From: a virus
Lineage: Duplodnaviria; Caudoviricetes
Virus record (IMG/VR): IMGVR_UViG_3300028624_000004
Coordinates: 32,001 to 96,000 of that record
Reading direction: 5' to 3' (one strand)
DNA length: 64,000 bases
Shown: one piece after another, positions 20,812 through 30,039 of the stretch
Numbering within the stretch: the stretch's first letter is position 1
How the letters are laid out: each line of letters starts with the position of its first letter
Position numbers and translations under genes: made by a program
Notes under the pieces: model-generated
Databases searched by the model: none
The model's input: the letters and a program-made list of their open reading frames with translations, nothing else
Told to the model about the DNA's origin: nothing

Positions 20812-21095
20812 TGCAGCTTAATAGCGCCTATCAACAGGTGCTAAATGATATAGCTGAATTGGGTGTCGTTTCCTCTCCTTTTATAAATATATCAGAGGCG
20901 GAGGATCTTTCATGCGTTGAATTCGACTACTATCGTAGTATCTTCAAGCAGAAGTACGAGAAAGAGCAAGAAAACAAGGCTGAGTTCATAAAAGCCAGTT
21001 TTGAATTTGCTAAGAAGTGTACGGAAGCTATTTGTAAGACTATTGCGGGGGTATTCGGAGGCAAATCAGGAAGTGTCGATACGCCGGGGAAATAA
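20811..21095 (+). CDS. gp51-like hub assembly protein; possibly the -1 frameshift extension of the preceding gene
   Basis: INISEAEDLSCVEFDYYRSI..YEKE resembles gp51/GT-type extensions; lies directly before the tape measure gene. Confidence 0.6.
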   Translation: MQLNSAYQQVLNDIAELGVVSSPFINISEAEDLSCVEFDYYRSIFKQKYEKEQENKAEFIKASFEFAKKCTEAICKTIAGVFGGKSGSVDTPGK

Positions 21096-21098
21096 TAT

Positions 21099-23183
21099 AT
21101 GGCTACATTTGGCGCAGGATTTATTAGCGATTTACTAAAGTCAGCACACCAGACTGGTGTACAAGATACCTCCGTCAAGGAGATAAAAGATATAGTTTCT
21201 CAGTTGAGGAACATTACAAATACGATGGAAGAAAAGACAGAGTTCCTTTCCACTGACTTGGATTTGCTAAATGAGAATCTTAATCTTTTAATGAAAATGA
21301 GAGATGATATAAACAAGTCATCCGACAAAGATACCCACGTTTTAAGAAATATAACCGAGCGTCTGGAAATTACGATTGCGGAATTACAAAATATTATTCA
21401 TGAAGTAGCTGCAAAGGGATCCTTTAAGCCGGTTGAAAAAGACGAAGAAGACACTGATAAGAAGATTGATTCTATATTTCCATTTCTTCACAGCATTCCT
21501 CTCATATCATCGACAATAGTAAAAAGCATAAATGTTGCTAGAGAAGCAATATTGAATAAGATGAACAAGATATGGGTGGACATGTCAACAAAGATAGGTC
21601 TTATATCATCTAAACTTGGAGTTTTATCAAAAGACATAGCGGTTAACAATGCTTTAAATAGCAACATGCTGAAGGATTTAAAAAACTATAATGTAAAAGA
21701 ACAGCAAGGAGCGCGTGAAAGAGACTTAAGATTTTCTTCCATGCATGATTTTGTTAAGAAGTGGCAAGACCCGGAAAACAATCCCATTGCAAGATTGAAT
21801 AAAAGAATATCAAACATGTTTTCTTTTATTACAAGAATGAGAGAATTTTTATCTCTTGCTCTTCAGGCGGTGCGTGTAGTCATGACAGCAATATGGACCG
21901 GAGTTAGAACTTTAATAATATCGTTTTTCACTACTGTCTTGCCGATGATTCTTTTAATAGCTGCTATAGTTGCTCTTACAATAATAGTTCTTTATCTTGT
22001 CTGGAAGCACTTTGGTGAGTATATTAAAAAATTCTGGGGATATATTAAAGAATATGTCGTAGACTTTTTAGTTACTGTTTGGAATATAGCTAAAGAAATT
22101 CTCGGTTTTGTGTGGGACACTATTAAAACAGTATGGGGAATACTTGTTGATATATATGATTTTGTCGATGCTATATTCAGTGGGGATTTCACTGGAGCGT
22201 GGAAAATAATCAATAGGTTAATGTCAAGAATAGTTGATTTCATATTAAGTACATTTCAGCGTTTATTGAATATTGGGACTCTTCTAACAGAATGGTTTTT
22301 GCGTCAGCCGCTAGTAAAGTGGTTCATGAATGTATTCATGGTGGCGTGGAAGTTCTATACTGAATTGTTTGATTCAATGTGGGAATGGGTTAAGGGATTC
22401 TGGACAACATTATGGAGTGGATTAAAAGAAACTGTAAGCGGTGTTATATCGAATATCGGAGATGCGCTTAATCCATTTAATTGGTTCGCGTCAGGCGGTG
22501 AAGTTTCTAAACCAGTAAAGGGAGTTGTTGGTGAAGCTGGACCAGAAGCCATCATTCCTCTTTCTGGTGGCGGTGAATCAAAACTCTCCAAGGCTCTTAT
22601 TGAGTTCTTCGATTACTATCTTCCCTTCTTAAAGCCCACTATTGATTTCTTATGGAATTCGTTTAAGCCTTTCATGCCTATTCTTGAATCTGTTATGGAA
22701 TCAATATATAATGTTGTGTATGGAATAGTGTCTGGACTTAGTAATCTTCCGGGTTGGCTGGGTGGAAATATATTTAAGACACTTTTGGGCAAGATGAACA
22801 AGCCTGGAATAAGAGCAACCGGAAGACCAGAATCTCAGGAAGAGAAAAACTCTCTATTTGCTAAGATATTAAAAATTGATCCGGAGGATATTGCTAAATC
22901 AAGATTGGCTATCATAGGACCAAACCAAACAGAAATACAATCTTTGTTTACTGACATACAAGCACAGGCTGAGAGTGTAGAGAGAGCATCAAGAGTAACT
23001 CCAGTAGCAGATACTACGTCGCTTATTAAGCAGGGATTTGTTGAGATAAACAAGAAAATAGATCAGGCTGTTGGAAATTTAGCAGGAACAATAGCAGCTA
23101 ATGCAAATAAGGCTCCGATTGTCGATCCTGCATACGAATTATCAAAGATGTTATCACGCGGTCAACTCGGGGGAAAAATTTAA
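21099..23183 (+). CDS. Tail tape measure protein
   Basis: Coiled coil, hydrophobic segment, amphipathic Trp/Phe repeats and the FASGG.V..P..VVGEAGPEAIIPL motif; follows the chaperone genes. Confidence 0.75.
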   Translation: MATFGAGFISDLLKSAHQTGVQDTSVKEIKDIVSQLRNITNTMEEKTEFLSTDLDLLNENLNLLMKMRDDINKSSDKDTHVLRNITERLEITIAELQNIIHEVAAKGSFKPVEKDEEDTDKKIDSIFPFLHSIPLISSTIVKSINVAREAILNKMNKIWVDMSTKIGLISSKLGVLSKDIAVNNALNSNMLKDLKNYNVKEQQGARERDLRFSSMHDFVKKWQDPENNPIARLNKRISNMFSFITRMREFLSLALQAVRVVMTAIWTGVRTLIISFFTTVLPMILLIAAIVALTIIVLYLVWKHFGEYIKKFWGYIKEYVVDFLVTVWNIAKEILGFVWDTIKTVWGILVDIYDFVDAIFSGDFTGAWKIINRLMSRIVDFILSTFQRLLNIGTLLTEWFLRQPLVKWFMNVFMVAWKFYTELFDSMWEWVKGFWTTLWSGLKETVSGVISNIGDALNPFNWFASGGEVSKPVKGVVGEAGPEAIIPLSGGGESKLSKALIEFFDYYLPFLKPTIDFLWNSFKPFMPILESVMESIYNVVYGIVSGLSNLPGWLGGNIFKTLLGKMNKPGIRATGRPESQEEKNSLFAKILKIDPEDIAKSRLAIIGPNQTEIQSLFTDIQAQAESVERASRVTPVADTTSLIKQGFVEINKKIDQAVGNLAGTIAANANKAPIVDPAYELSKMLSRGQLGGKI

Positions 23184-24329
23184 ATGGTTGAAACATTACA
23201 TTTACCGACAATACAAGCATGTCAAGCATATGGCATTCCGCGATCATACACAGCTTCTCGTGCTAATAGAAGAGACGAGGTTGCGTTTCTTAATGGTCCT
23301 CAATTTAATGGAATGAGAATAAACAGCACTCCATCCACTGTTTCAAATGCTAATGGAGATGGTGACACGGCAAGAATTGATGAAATAAAATTAGAATTTA
23401 TCGGCAATCAACCATATAAAATGACATTCACCCCAGATAACGGCATTCAAAAAGCAAGTTTTGAAAGTGGGAAAGACGATGTTTCTATTTTAGATGTATT
23501 CATTGCTCCGAATACAACGGATTGGATAAACTTTACTTCTAAACATGCGTGGGAAAAGCCGGGTGGTCTAATAACCAGTCTATTCGAGTCTGTTACGAGT
23601 TTAATTGGTGCTGGAAACGGTATTCTTACAAAAATACTCAATGCTACAGAGGGGGCTGGAAGTGATGTCAAGTTGAGAAGAGAACAGAACATCGTACTTG
23701 ATCAGGCAGATTCGTATAAATCATCTGACAGTATAGAGTTTACTGTTCCCTTTTTACTTTGGTCTGCTGGAAACTCCATAGAAGATTGGATTAGGGATAT
23801 ATATCTACCAGTAATGTTATTAACAGCATGGTCGTATCCTCGTCGTTCGAGAACTTTAAGTGCCCTTGAATCAGCGACACCAACAGAAACACAACCAGCT
23901 ACATCTGCCGATAGCGCAGATATACAGGGTAAAGTTCAAGACTTTGTAAATAAAATATATCCTGGCACTCGTATAACAATTTTAGATCCGCCTAGTTATG
24001 TCCGCGTAAGTCATACTTCTGGATTATTTTCCTTTAACCGTTGTGCGATATCATCTTTCAACTTTAAATACTTAGACCCGTGGGTAAAGGCTACCGTACC
24101 AGAAGGAAGTTATCTAAACGGAATGACGGAAACTCTATTAAATAAAGCGTTGCCAATGAGAGCAGAGTGTAGTATAACACTAAGATCAATTGAGAAGCTT
24201 TATGCGGACGACTGGATATCAATGTATACATCAGGATTGACCACCATGGGAGGAACAGGGTCAAAGGTTAGTGTGAACATAAGTCAATCCCAAAACACTA
24301 ATAGACAATCATCGACTAATCAACAATAG
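23184..24329 (+). CDS. Baseplate tube cap-like protein (gp48-like)
   Basis: Position, plus EFTVPF..SYPR, LDPPSYVRV..FSFNRCAISSFNF.Y and P.RAECSITLRSIE. Confidence 0.5.
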   Translation: MVETLHLPTIQACQAYGIPRSYTASRANRRDEVAFLNGPQFNGMRINSTPSTVSNANGDGDTARIDEIKLEFIGNQPYKMTFTPDNGIQKASFESGKDDVSILDVFIAPNTTDWINFTSKHAWEKPGGLITSLFESVTSLIGAGNGILTKILNATEGAGSDVKLRREQNIVLDQADSYKSSDSIEFTVPFLLWSAGNSIEDWIRDIYLPVMLLTAWSYPRRSRTLSALESATPTETQPATSADSADIQGKVQDFVNKIYPGTRITILDPPSYVRVSHTSGLFSFNRCAISSFNFKYLDPWVKATVPEGSYLNGMTETLLNKALPMRAECSITLRSIEKLYADDWISMYTSGLTTMGGTGSKVSVNISQSQNTNRQSSTNQQ

Positions 24330-24336
24330 GTAAAAA

Positions 24337-24786
24337 ATGGCTAATAAAAGAACCACTATCGTTTCGGATTCTCTTTTTTCTAACTTGTTTCCCAAGTTAC
24401 ACTATGATCCTGTGGAGATATCTGAACCAATTTTAGATATTTGGTCATCTTTTAGACTTCAGTTGAGTCCACCAGAGTTATCGGACGAGGCATATATAAA
24501 ACATTCGGTTACACCAACAGATACACTATATTCCATTTCTAATCAATATTATAAAACAATAGAATTGTGGTGGTTTATTGCTTTAATGAACGATGCGATT
24601 GATCCGTATACATTTCTAGAAGATGTCTTAGATGGGACATGGAATGGTCCTGGCAATCCAAAGATTATAAAAATAATGCGCCCCGATTACCTTCCAAAAA
24701 TAAAACGAGACATGCTGTTCTTTAAGTCACTAAACGAGGAACAAAATAGAAAACTGGCTCTTGAGGGAAGAGCATCGGAAGCATAA
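24337..24786 (+). CDS. gp53: Baseplate wedge protein (gp53-like, LysM-like)
   Basis: HSVTPTDTLYSISNQYYKTIELWWFIALMNDAIDP. Confidence 0.75.
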   Translation: MANKRTTIVSDSLFSNLFPKLHYDPVEISEPILDIWSSFRLQLSPPELSDEAYIKHSVTPTDTLYSISNQYYKTIELWWFIALMNDAIDPYTFLEDVLDGTWNGPGNPKIIKIMRPDYLPKIKRDMLFFKSLNEEQNRKLALEGRASEA

Positions 24787-24789
24787 ACC

Positions 24790-26217
24790 ATGGTAGATAT
24801 AGATACAACCAACTCTCAAACAAACCCATTTGATTCGGTTCTTAGAGCCGCTTATGCAGTTTATATAACTCGCCTAAAGTCTTTTAAAGATCAGTCTTAT
24901 AATGATCTTAGCGAAAGCACTATATTAGAAACAGCATTTAAGATAGAAATTCAAGATTCAATGGATATGTATTTTCGCACGGCGAAAGTGTGGTTCTTTG
25001 ATAGGTATTCAATAAGAGAAATCATGCCACTTACTGGTAATGAAATAGTAACTATTAAGTATAAAAATATGGCGCAGCCGTCTGCGACCGTTGAAAAAAT
25101 AATGCACTTTCAGATTCAGTCAATATCCGAAATTCCAAATCTTCAAGAATACAATAAGGGATCAAATATAACTTTAATGAATCTTGTAGAGGCTCCTGCA
25201 TTTAGTTTCTTAACAAATAACTGTGTTTATAAGACATATCCTTGGGATACGAAGATGAAGGTGTCAGACCTTGTAAACGACTGTTTATTATCTGTTCCTG
25301 GGTTGGTAAATTGGTATGATATAGATATAGAAGAAACATCAAATGCAGAAGGAGCTAAGTTTAGATTCTATAATCCAAACTGGACGCCGATGAAGACAAT
25401 AAATTATTTGAAAAAGTTTGCTATTAGCCAGAAAGACGACTTCCCATACTATACCTTTTTTATAGAACCACCAAAGACCAAATCAGGAAAACCAAAAATA
25501 CACTTCAAACCAGTCTACAAGTATATGACAGAAAAAGGAAGACATACAATATCATCCCACTTTCAACAAGAAGTTTATAGGTCTGCCCAAGGTGATTTAA
25601 ACAATTTAGCAAGAGACTTCTCGAAAGAAAACGATTACGAAATATTCAACACAATGCAGAGTAGACAATTTGATTATTTCCATAGGGCTAAAACTGCATT
25701 CGCGCAGATGAGCGGAGAAACTTTCTATACATTTGATTATATAAATGATAATAAGTATTTTGCTCTGGATTACTCTACATTTAAAAACACATATCAGGGT
25801 CTTGGTCAGAAGCAACTCCATTCGATGAATTATGGTAATCAGTGGGCATCTCATAGACCACATTCTTTTACAGATAATCTTAGATTACTGAACATGAAGC
25901 GAAATGAGATGGCTTACAACACTATTCATTCTGGAATCGCATGTACGGCTGAGATGACTATTAATAACTTTCGTAACGTTGGTCACTTGGCAGATGTAAT
26001 ATTTAAGACATCTCTGGATCAGAATTCTGGCGTTGATTATATGATGTCTGGGCTGTGGTTGATATGGGGACAAACAGACGAAATGCAGGACGGTGCCGCT
26101 CGTTCTAAAGTTATTATGGTTAAGGATGGATTCGAGCAACTTATGATTAATCCAGATTTACCAACAATGACACATCTGAATCCTCCGATTGAAATATCAA
26201 AAACCAAAGCATCGTAA
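24790..26217 (+). CDS. Baseplate hub protein (gp27-like)
   Basis: IEIQDSM..FRTAK..D..MPLTGNE.VTI, PNWTP.KTINYL, YYTFF and MSGLWLI. Confidence 0.55.
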   Translation: MVDIDTTNSQTNPFDSVLRAAYAVYITRLKSFKDQSYNDLSESTILETAFKIEIQDSMDMYFRTAKVWFFDRYSIREIMPLTGNEIVTIKYKNMAQPSATVEKIMHFQIQSISEIPNLQEYNKGSNITLMNLVEAPAFSFLTNNCVYKTYPWDTKMKVSDLVNDCLLSVPGLVNWYDIDIEETSNAEGAKFRFYNPNWTPMKTINYLKKFAISQKDDFPYYTFFIEPPKTKSGKPKIHFKPVYKYMTEKGRHTISSHFQQEVYRSAQGDLNNLARDFSKENDYEIFNTMQSRQFDYFHRAKTAFAQMSGETFYTFDYINDNKYFALDYSTFKNTYQGLGQKQLHSMNYGNQWASHRPHSFTDNLRLLNMKRNEMAYNTIHSGIACTAEMTINNFRNVGHLADVIFKTSLDQNSGVDYMMSGLWLIWGQTDEMQDGAARSKVIMVKDGFEQLMINPDLPTMTHLNPPIEISKTKAS

Positions 26218-26246
26218 TAATTCAAAAACTATAAATAGATGCATAT

Positions 26247-26492
26247 ATGGCACATACTTCAGGAAGAGTATTCAATTGGGACGAATGGAACGCCGAAGCC
26301 TACGAGCGTATAGATCATTTTGTAAACAAATATGATCGTGGAATCTGCACGACTCCATATATCTCTGGTGGGGAAACTCCATCTCCGACTGCTCAGCCGG
26401 ATCTAACGGGTTACTGCCCAAATATAGATTCCATACAAGTTTTACCATGTAGCAAAATAGAAATATATATTCAAGGGGGAATGAGTGTCTAA
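26247..26492 (+). CDS. Small Cys-containing late protein
   Basis: Directly after TATAAATA at 26230. Confidence 0.55.
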   Translation: MAHTSGRVFNWDEWNAEAYERIDHFVNKYDRGICTTPYISGGETPSPTAQPDLTGYCPNIDSIQVLPCSKIEIYIQGGMSV

Positions 26493-26898
26493 TCAACCAG
26501 CAGATTTCTTTTGTGGCGATACAGTAGTCATTCAGGCTACTAATAAGCCACTTATCGACATGACTATAGCTCCCTCGTTGAACGACTATAAGTGGGCAGA
26601 CGAAGCTATTATTCGTATATACGACCCCCGCAACACTCTTATAGTTGACTCGCCCATGTGTCAAGTTACTGGAAAAGTGGGATGGTATTACTATAGATAC
26701 AAAACCGTCTGTGAATGTGGAATAGGTATATTCCGTGTTGAAGTTGTTATGAGAACAACTGTAGCCACATGTATAACACCAAGCACTTCGGCTGTTGATA
26801 CAACAGGAACCAGTGGAACAAGCGGCGACCCAGGAACCGAAGTATGTGAAGACATACAGGTGAGCTACTTCAGAGTTATGTCTAAAGAGAGATTCTAA
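26485..26898 (+). CDS. Hypothetical beta-sandwich-like virion protein
   Basis: IRIYDP...GWYYY.Y..G.FRVEV pattern; Cys- and Thr/Ser-rich insert. Confidence 0.5.
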   Translation: MSNQPADFFCGDTVVIQATNKPLIDMTIAPSLNDYKWADEAIIRIYDPRNTLIVDSPMCQVTGKVGWYYYRYKTVCECGIGIFRVEVVMRTTVATCITPSTSAVDTTGTSGTSGDPGTEVCEDIQVSYFRVMSKERF

Positions 26899-27995
26899 TG
26901 GTCCCCCGACATTTTAAAATAACCAATGACTTAATAGATGCTAATGTATCTAAAAGAGGCATAAAGCGATTATTTGATGTAGCTGATGTGAAATACTCTG
27001 AAAGGGGTAAATGGTCTTGTCTAAAGTGTGGTAAAGAATGGGAAGCTACTATTAATAGTGTTTATGCTGGTGGAACAGGTTGTCCAGCATGTCGTCCAAA
27101 GACTGGCAGGAAAGACAATAAGTGGGTTGATGATAAACTATACGGTAGAAATATTATTAGATTAGGTGAGTATGTCAATTCAACTACTGCAATTGAGTGG
27201 AAGTGCTTGAAGTGTAATAATATATGGAGCAATATTCCCGTAAGCGTAATACATGCGAAAGTAGGATGTCCGACATGTAGCGGGGTTAAAAGATATACAT
27301 TAGAATCTATTAAGGATTTTATGGGTGAGAGGGGCATATCGGTAATAAGTAATATATACCCGGGTTCCAATAAAAGTATGGATTTAAAGTGCAATGTTTG
27401 TAATCATACCTTCAGGAATAGTTTTTCTAATATAAAATCACAAGACCAAAAATGCCCTAGATGTGTAGGGTTGGATAGCATGTGCGATACTGAAATAGAC
27501 TCGATTTTAGCAGAAGAAAAGAGAGAAATACAAAGAATAGGAAGTTCTATTGGTGACATGCATAAAATAACTTGGAAATGTATAAAATGCGAACACGAGT
27601 GGATTGCTACGCCCCGTAGTGTAATTACATTGAATAGCACATGCCCATGTTGCGGCATGTTAGGGACATCAAGGAAAGAAAACGCTTGGCTAGATTCTAT
27701 TGGCATACCGCCAGAGTATAGAAGATATAAGACAGATGTAAAAAACAAGAAACACTATATACGGGTTGATGGCTTTAATCCAGATACTAAAACCTGTTAC
27801 GAGTTTTATGGTGATTTCTGGCATGGCAACCCGCATAGATATAATCCAAATGAGGTAAATGTTGTAGCAAAGAAAACCTATCAGCAACTATATGAAGAAA
27901 CTATGAGTAGGGAGAATAAGTTGAGAGAATCTGGTTATAATATAGTAACAATATGGGAAACTGATTGGAACAAAGGAGTATCAAATGGGATGTAA
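26898..27995 (+). CDS. Putative homing endonuclease (tandem Zn-ribbons plus Vsr-like PD-(D/E)XK domain)
   Basis: Four (W/L)xCxxC..CPxC repeats; RVDGF..CYEFYGDFWHGNP and GYNIVTIWETDW. Confidence 0.85.
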   Translation: MVPRHFKITNDLIDANVSKRGIKRLFDVADVKYSERGKWSCLKCGKEWEATINSVYAGGTGCPACRPKTGRKDNKWVDDKLYGRNIIRLGEYVNSTTAIEWKCLKCNNIWSNIPVSVIHAKVGCPTCSGVKRYTLESIKDFMGERGISVISNIYPGSNKSMDLKCNVCNHTFRNSFSNIKSQDQKCPRCVGLDSMCDTEIDSILAEEKREIQRIGSSIGDMHKITWKCIKCEHEWIATPRSVITLNSTCPCCGMLGTSRKENAWLDSIGIPPEYRRYKTDVKNKKHYIRVDGFNPDTKTCYEFYGDFWHGNPHRYNPNEVNVVAKKTYQQLYEETMSRENKLRESGYNIVTIWETDWNKGVSNGM

Positions 27996-28626
27996 CGTTG
28001 TTATCAATAACGAAATAGAAATTAACGAGTCAAATTCGAACCAGTTTTTCTTTATGTTACGCAACATACCGACTTCGTTTCTCATTTCCAAGTTCGCTGA
28101 AGATCCTGGCTTCAAGCTAGATGGCAAACTGTCTTCGCTAGGAATGTCAGGAATTGATTATGTTCGCGAGTCCAACCAAGCGACCCAGAACCTACTTTTA
28201 TACCTACAATCCTTTACGTTGCCTAATCTGGAGCTTGGAACCTCTAAGATAGAAACTATGTTCGCTGCTTTGACTGCTGTAACTGGAAAGCTACAATTCG
28301 GTCAGACATCGACCAATATACTTTGCGATGAAAACTGGTTCGTATATAGATTGTTGCTCTATTGGTTCTATGCTGCCTCCAACCCAGAAGAGTTTAACAA
28401 GCTTGGCTTGATGGACTACTATAAGAATTTTTATATTGAAGGATATTTGGTTATACTTAACAACCACCACGAGAAGGTGGCAGAGTTTGAGTTCCGTGAC
28501 CTTCACCCACAGTCTCTTGGTCAAGTTGATTTGAATTACCAAGACAGCCAGAAGATTATACTTCCAGTAACTTGGATATATTCAACCTTCACACCGACAA
28601 ATGACTTGATTATCAAGAGGGTATAA
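27985..28626 (+). CDS. gp3: Tail completion/tube terminator protein (T4 gp3-like)
   Basis: N.F.F.L..IP, LQSFTLPNL.LG, GKLQF..L.DENW..Y..L..W and F.DL.P.SLG. Confidence 0.7.
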   Translation: MGCNVVINNEIEINESNSNQFFFMLRNIPTSFLISKFAEDPGFKLDGKLSSLGMSGIDYVRESNQATQNLLLYLQSFTLPNLELGTSKIETMFAALTAVTGKLQFGQTSTNILCDENWFVYRLLLYWFYAASNPEEFNKLGLMDYYKNFYIEGYLVILNNHHEKVAEFEFRDLHPQSLGQVDLNYQDSQKIILPVTWIYSTFTPTNDLIIKRV

Positions 28627-28628
28627 TC

Positions 28629-28829
28629 GTGAGCTACGAAACAGCATGTCGTAAGTATCCTTGTGACAAGCGGGATAAAGATCCTCATCCATGTAACTGT
28701 CAGACGGATGTCGAAGCTGCGAAGACTAACAACTTGTTTTGGTGTCATCTTCAGGCTCGTAATGTCAATCTAATAATATGTCGAGACTGTAACTATAGAG
28801 AAAACAGGTTCGGTCCACCTAATCCGTAA
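28629..28829 (+). CDS. Small Cys-rich hypothetical protein
   Basis: Seven Cys in 66 aa; GAGG upstream of a GTG start. Confidence 0.5.
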   Translation: MSYETACRKYPCDKRDKDPHPCNCQTDVEAAKTNNLFWCHLQARNVNLIICRDCNYRENRFGPPNP

Positions 28830-28863
28830 TTTTATATAAATAACGGATATAATAGGTGAAACT

Positions 28864-30036
28864 ATGAAATCCAATCTCCAAATATACTTAGAGTCACGCC
28901 TTAAGACCATTTTAGAGGCTGATGGTGACGAAAAGCCAGCAGAAGACGCACCAACAGAGAAGCCAGCGGAAGACGAAGAATCTAAAGAAGCCGAAGATGC
29001 TGACGAAGACTTTTTCACCCAAGATGAAGTCGATGCTGCTAAGGGCGGTGATGCAGAAGAAGCCCCAGAAGGCAATGAAGAGCCATCTGACGAAGATCCA
29101 GAAGATAAGGCTGGTCCAGGCATGGCAGGAGCCGGATCCGGTGTATCCGACGATGAGAAGATGCGCCAGCTATTCACCGAAACAGGCGACCCAGAAGTGG
29201 ATTTCGGTTTAACCTCAGAAGCAAATGTTCGTTTGGCTAAGTTTAAGTTCAAGAACGCCAATATAGACCCACTCACAATGATGGATGATATGGAGTTGAC
29301 GGAAGGAGTTCGTGTAGATGAACTTGAGTCTCGTTTAACTCCCGACCAATATGATCTATATCGTAACAAGTGGAAGGAAATACGCCGTGACTTCCCCAAG
29401 ATAGCAGAGAGAGAACAAAAGGTAGTCATCTACAATTCAAACATTCCATTCTTTTATAACGATGAAGATGGAAACGTAGTGGCTATAGATCACAAAAGAG
29501 ATATAAACACTGCTATAGACAAGCTTAACAAATACATGATTAGAAACTTCACGGAAGATTGGGTTGATAACAAGAAAGCAGTCAAGTTTCTCCAAGGCAT
29601 TCGTATAAACTTCTCAGACGAACCAAAGATTCGACCTAACCTTATTTCGGCTAAGTTCTTTGAAGAGTATGAAGACCGCGACCTTGTTCCGTTCAACAAG
29701 CTCCACGCAGACATTCCAGAATCCGTTCGCAAGTTCCTGAAAGATAATTTGGATATGGACGAATTCAAGAAGTCTTCTGTTTTCCGCACACTCTCCAATG
29801 ATTATGTTGGAGAAAACTCTGGATCCTCCCGCACATCGGTATACGCCGTCATCAAGGGAGATGAAGCTCCTGAAGGAGCAGAAGGAGCAGACGGAGCGGG
29901 AGATACTGGCGAGGACATGGGAGACATGGGAGATATTGGGGGCGACTCTGAAGAAGACACCGAAGCCGATACCACAGACACAGGAGACGAAGCTGAAGAA
30001 TCTGGTGACACTGGCGAGGAAGACTTAGGACTATAA
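28864..30036 (+). CDS. Highly acidic late protein, possible internal head protein
   Basis: Late promoter at 28835; N-terminal YLE/S and ILE/A gp21-type sites; Asp/Glu/Gly-rich termini. Confidence 0.55.
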   Translation: MKSNLQIYLESRLKTILEADGDEKPAEDAPTEKPAEDEESKEAEDADEDFFTQDEVDAAKGGDAEEAPEGNEEPSDEDPEDKAGPGMAGAGSGVSDDEKMRQLFTETGDPEVDFGLTSEANVRLAKFKFKNANIDPLTMMDDMELTEGVRVDELESRLTPDQYDLYRNKWKEIRRDFPKIAEREQKVVIYNSNIPFFYNDEDGNVVAIDHKRDINTAIDKLNKYMIRNFTEDWVDNKKAVKFLQGIRINFSDEPKIRPNLISAKFFEEYEDRDLVPFNKLHADIPESVRKFLKDNLDMDEFKKSSVFRTLSNDYVGENSGSSRTSVYAVIKGDEAPEGAEGADGAGDTGEDMGDMGDIGGDSEEDTEADTTDTGDEAEESGDTGEEDLGL

Positions 30037-30039
30037 TTC

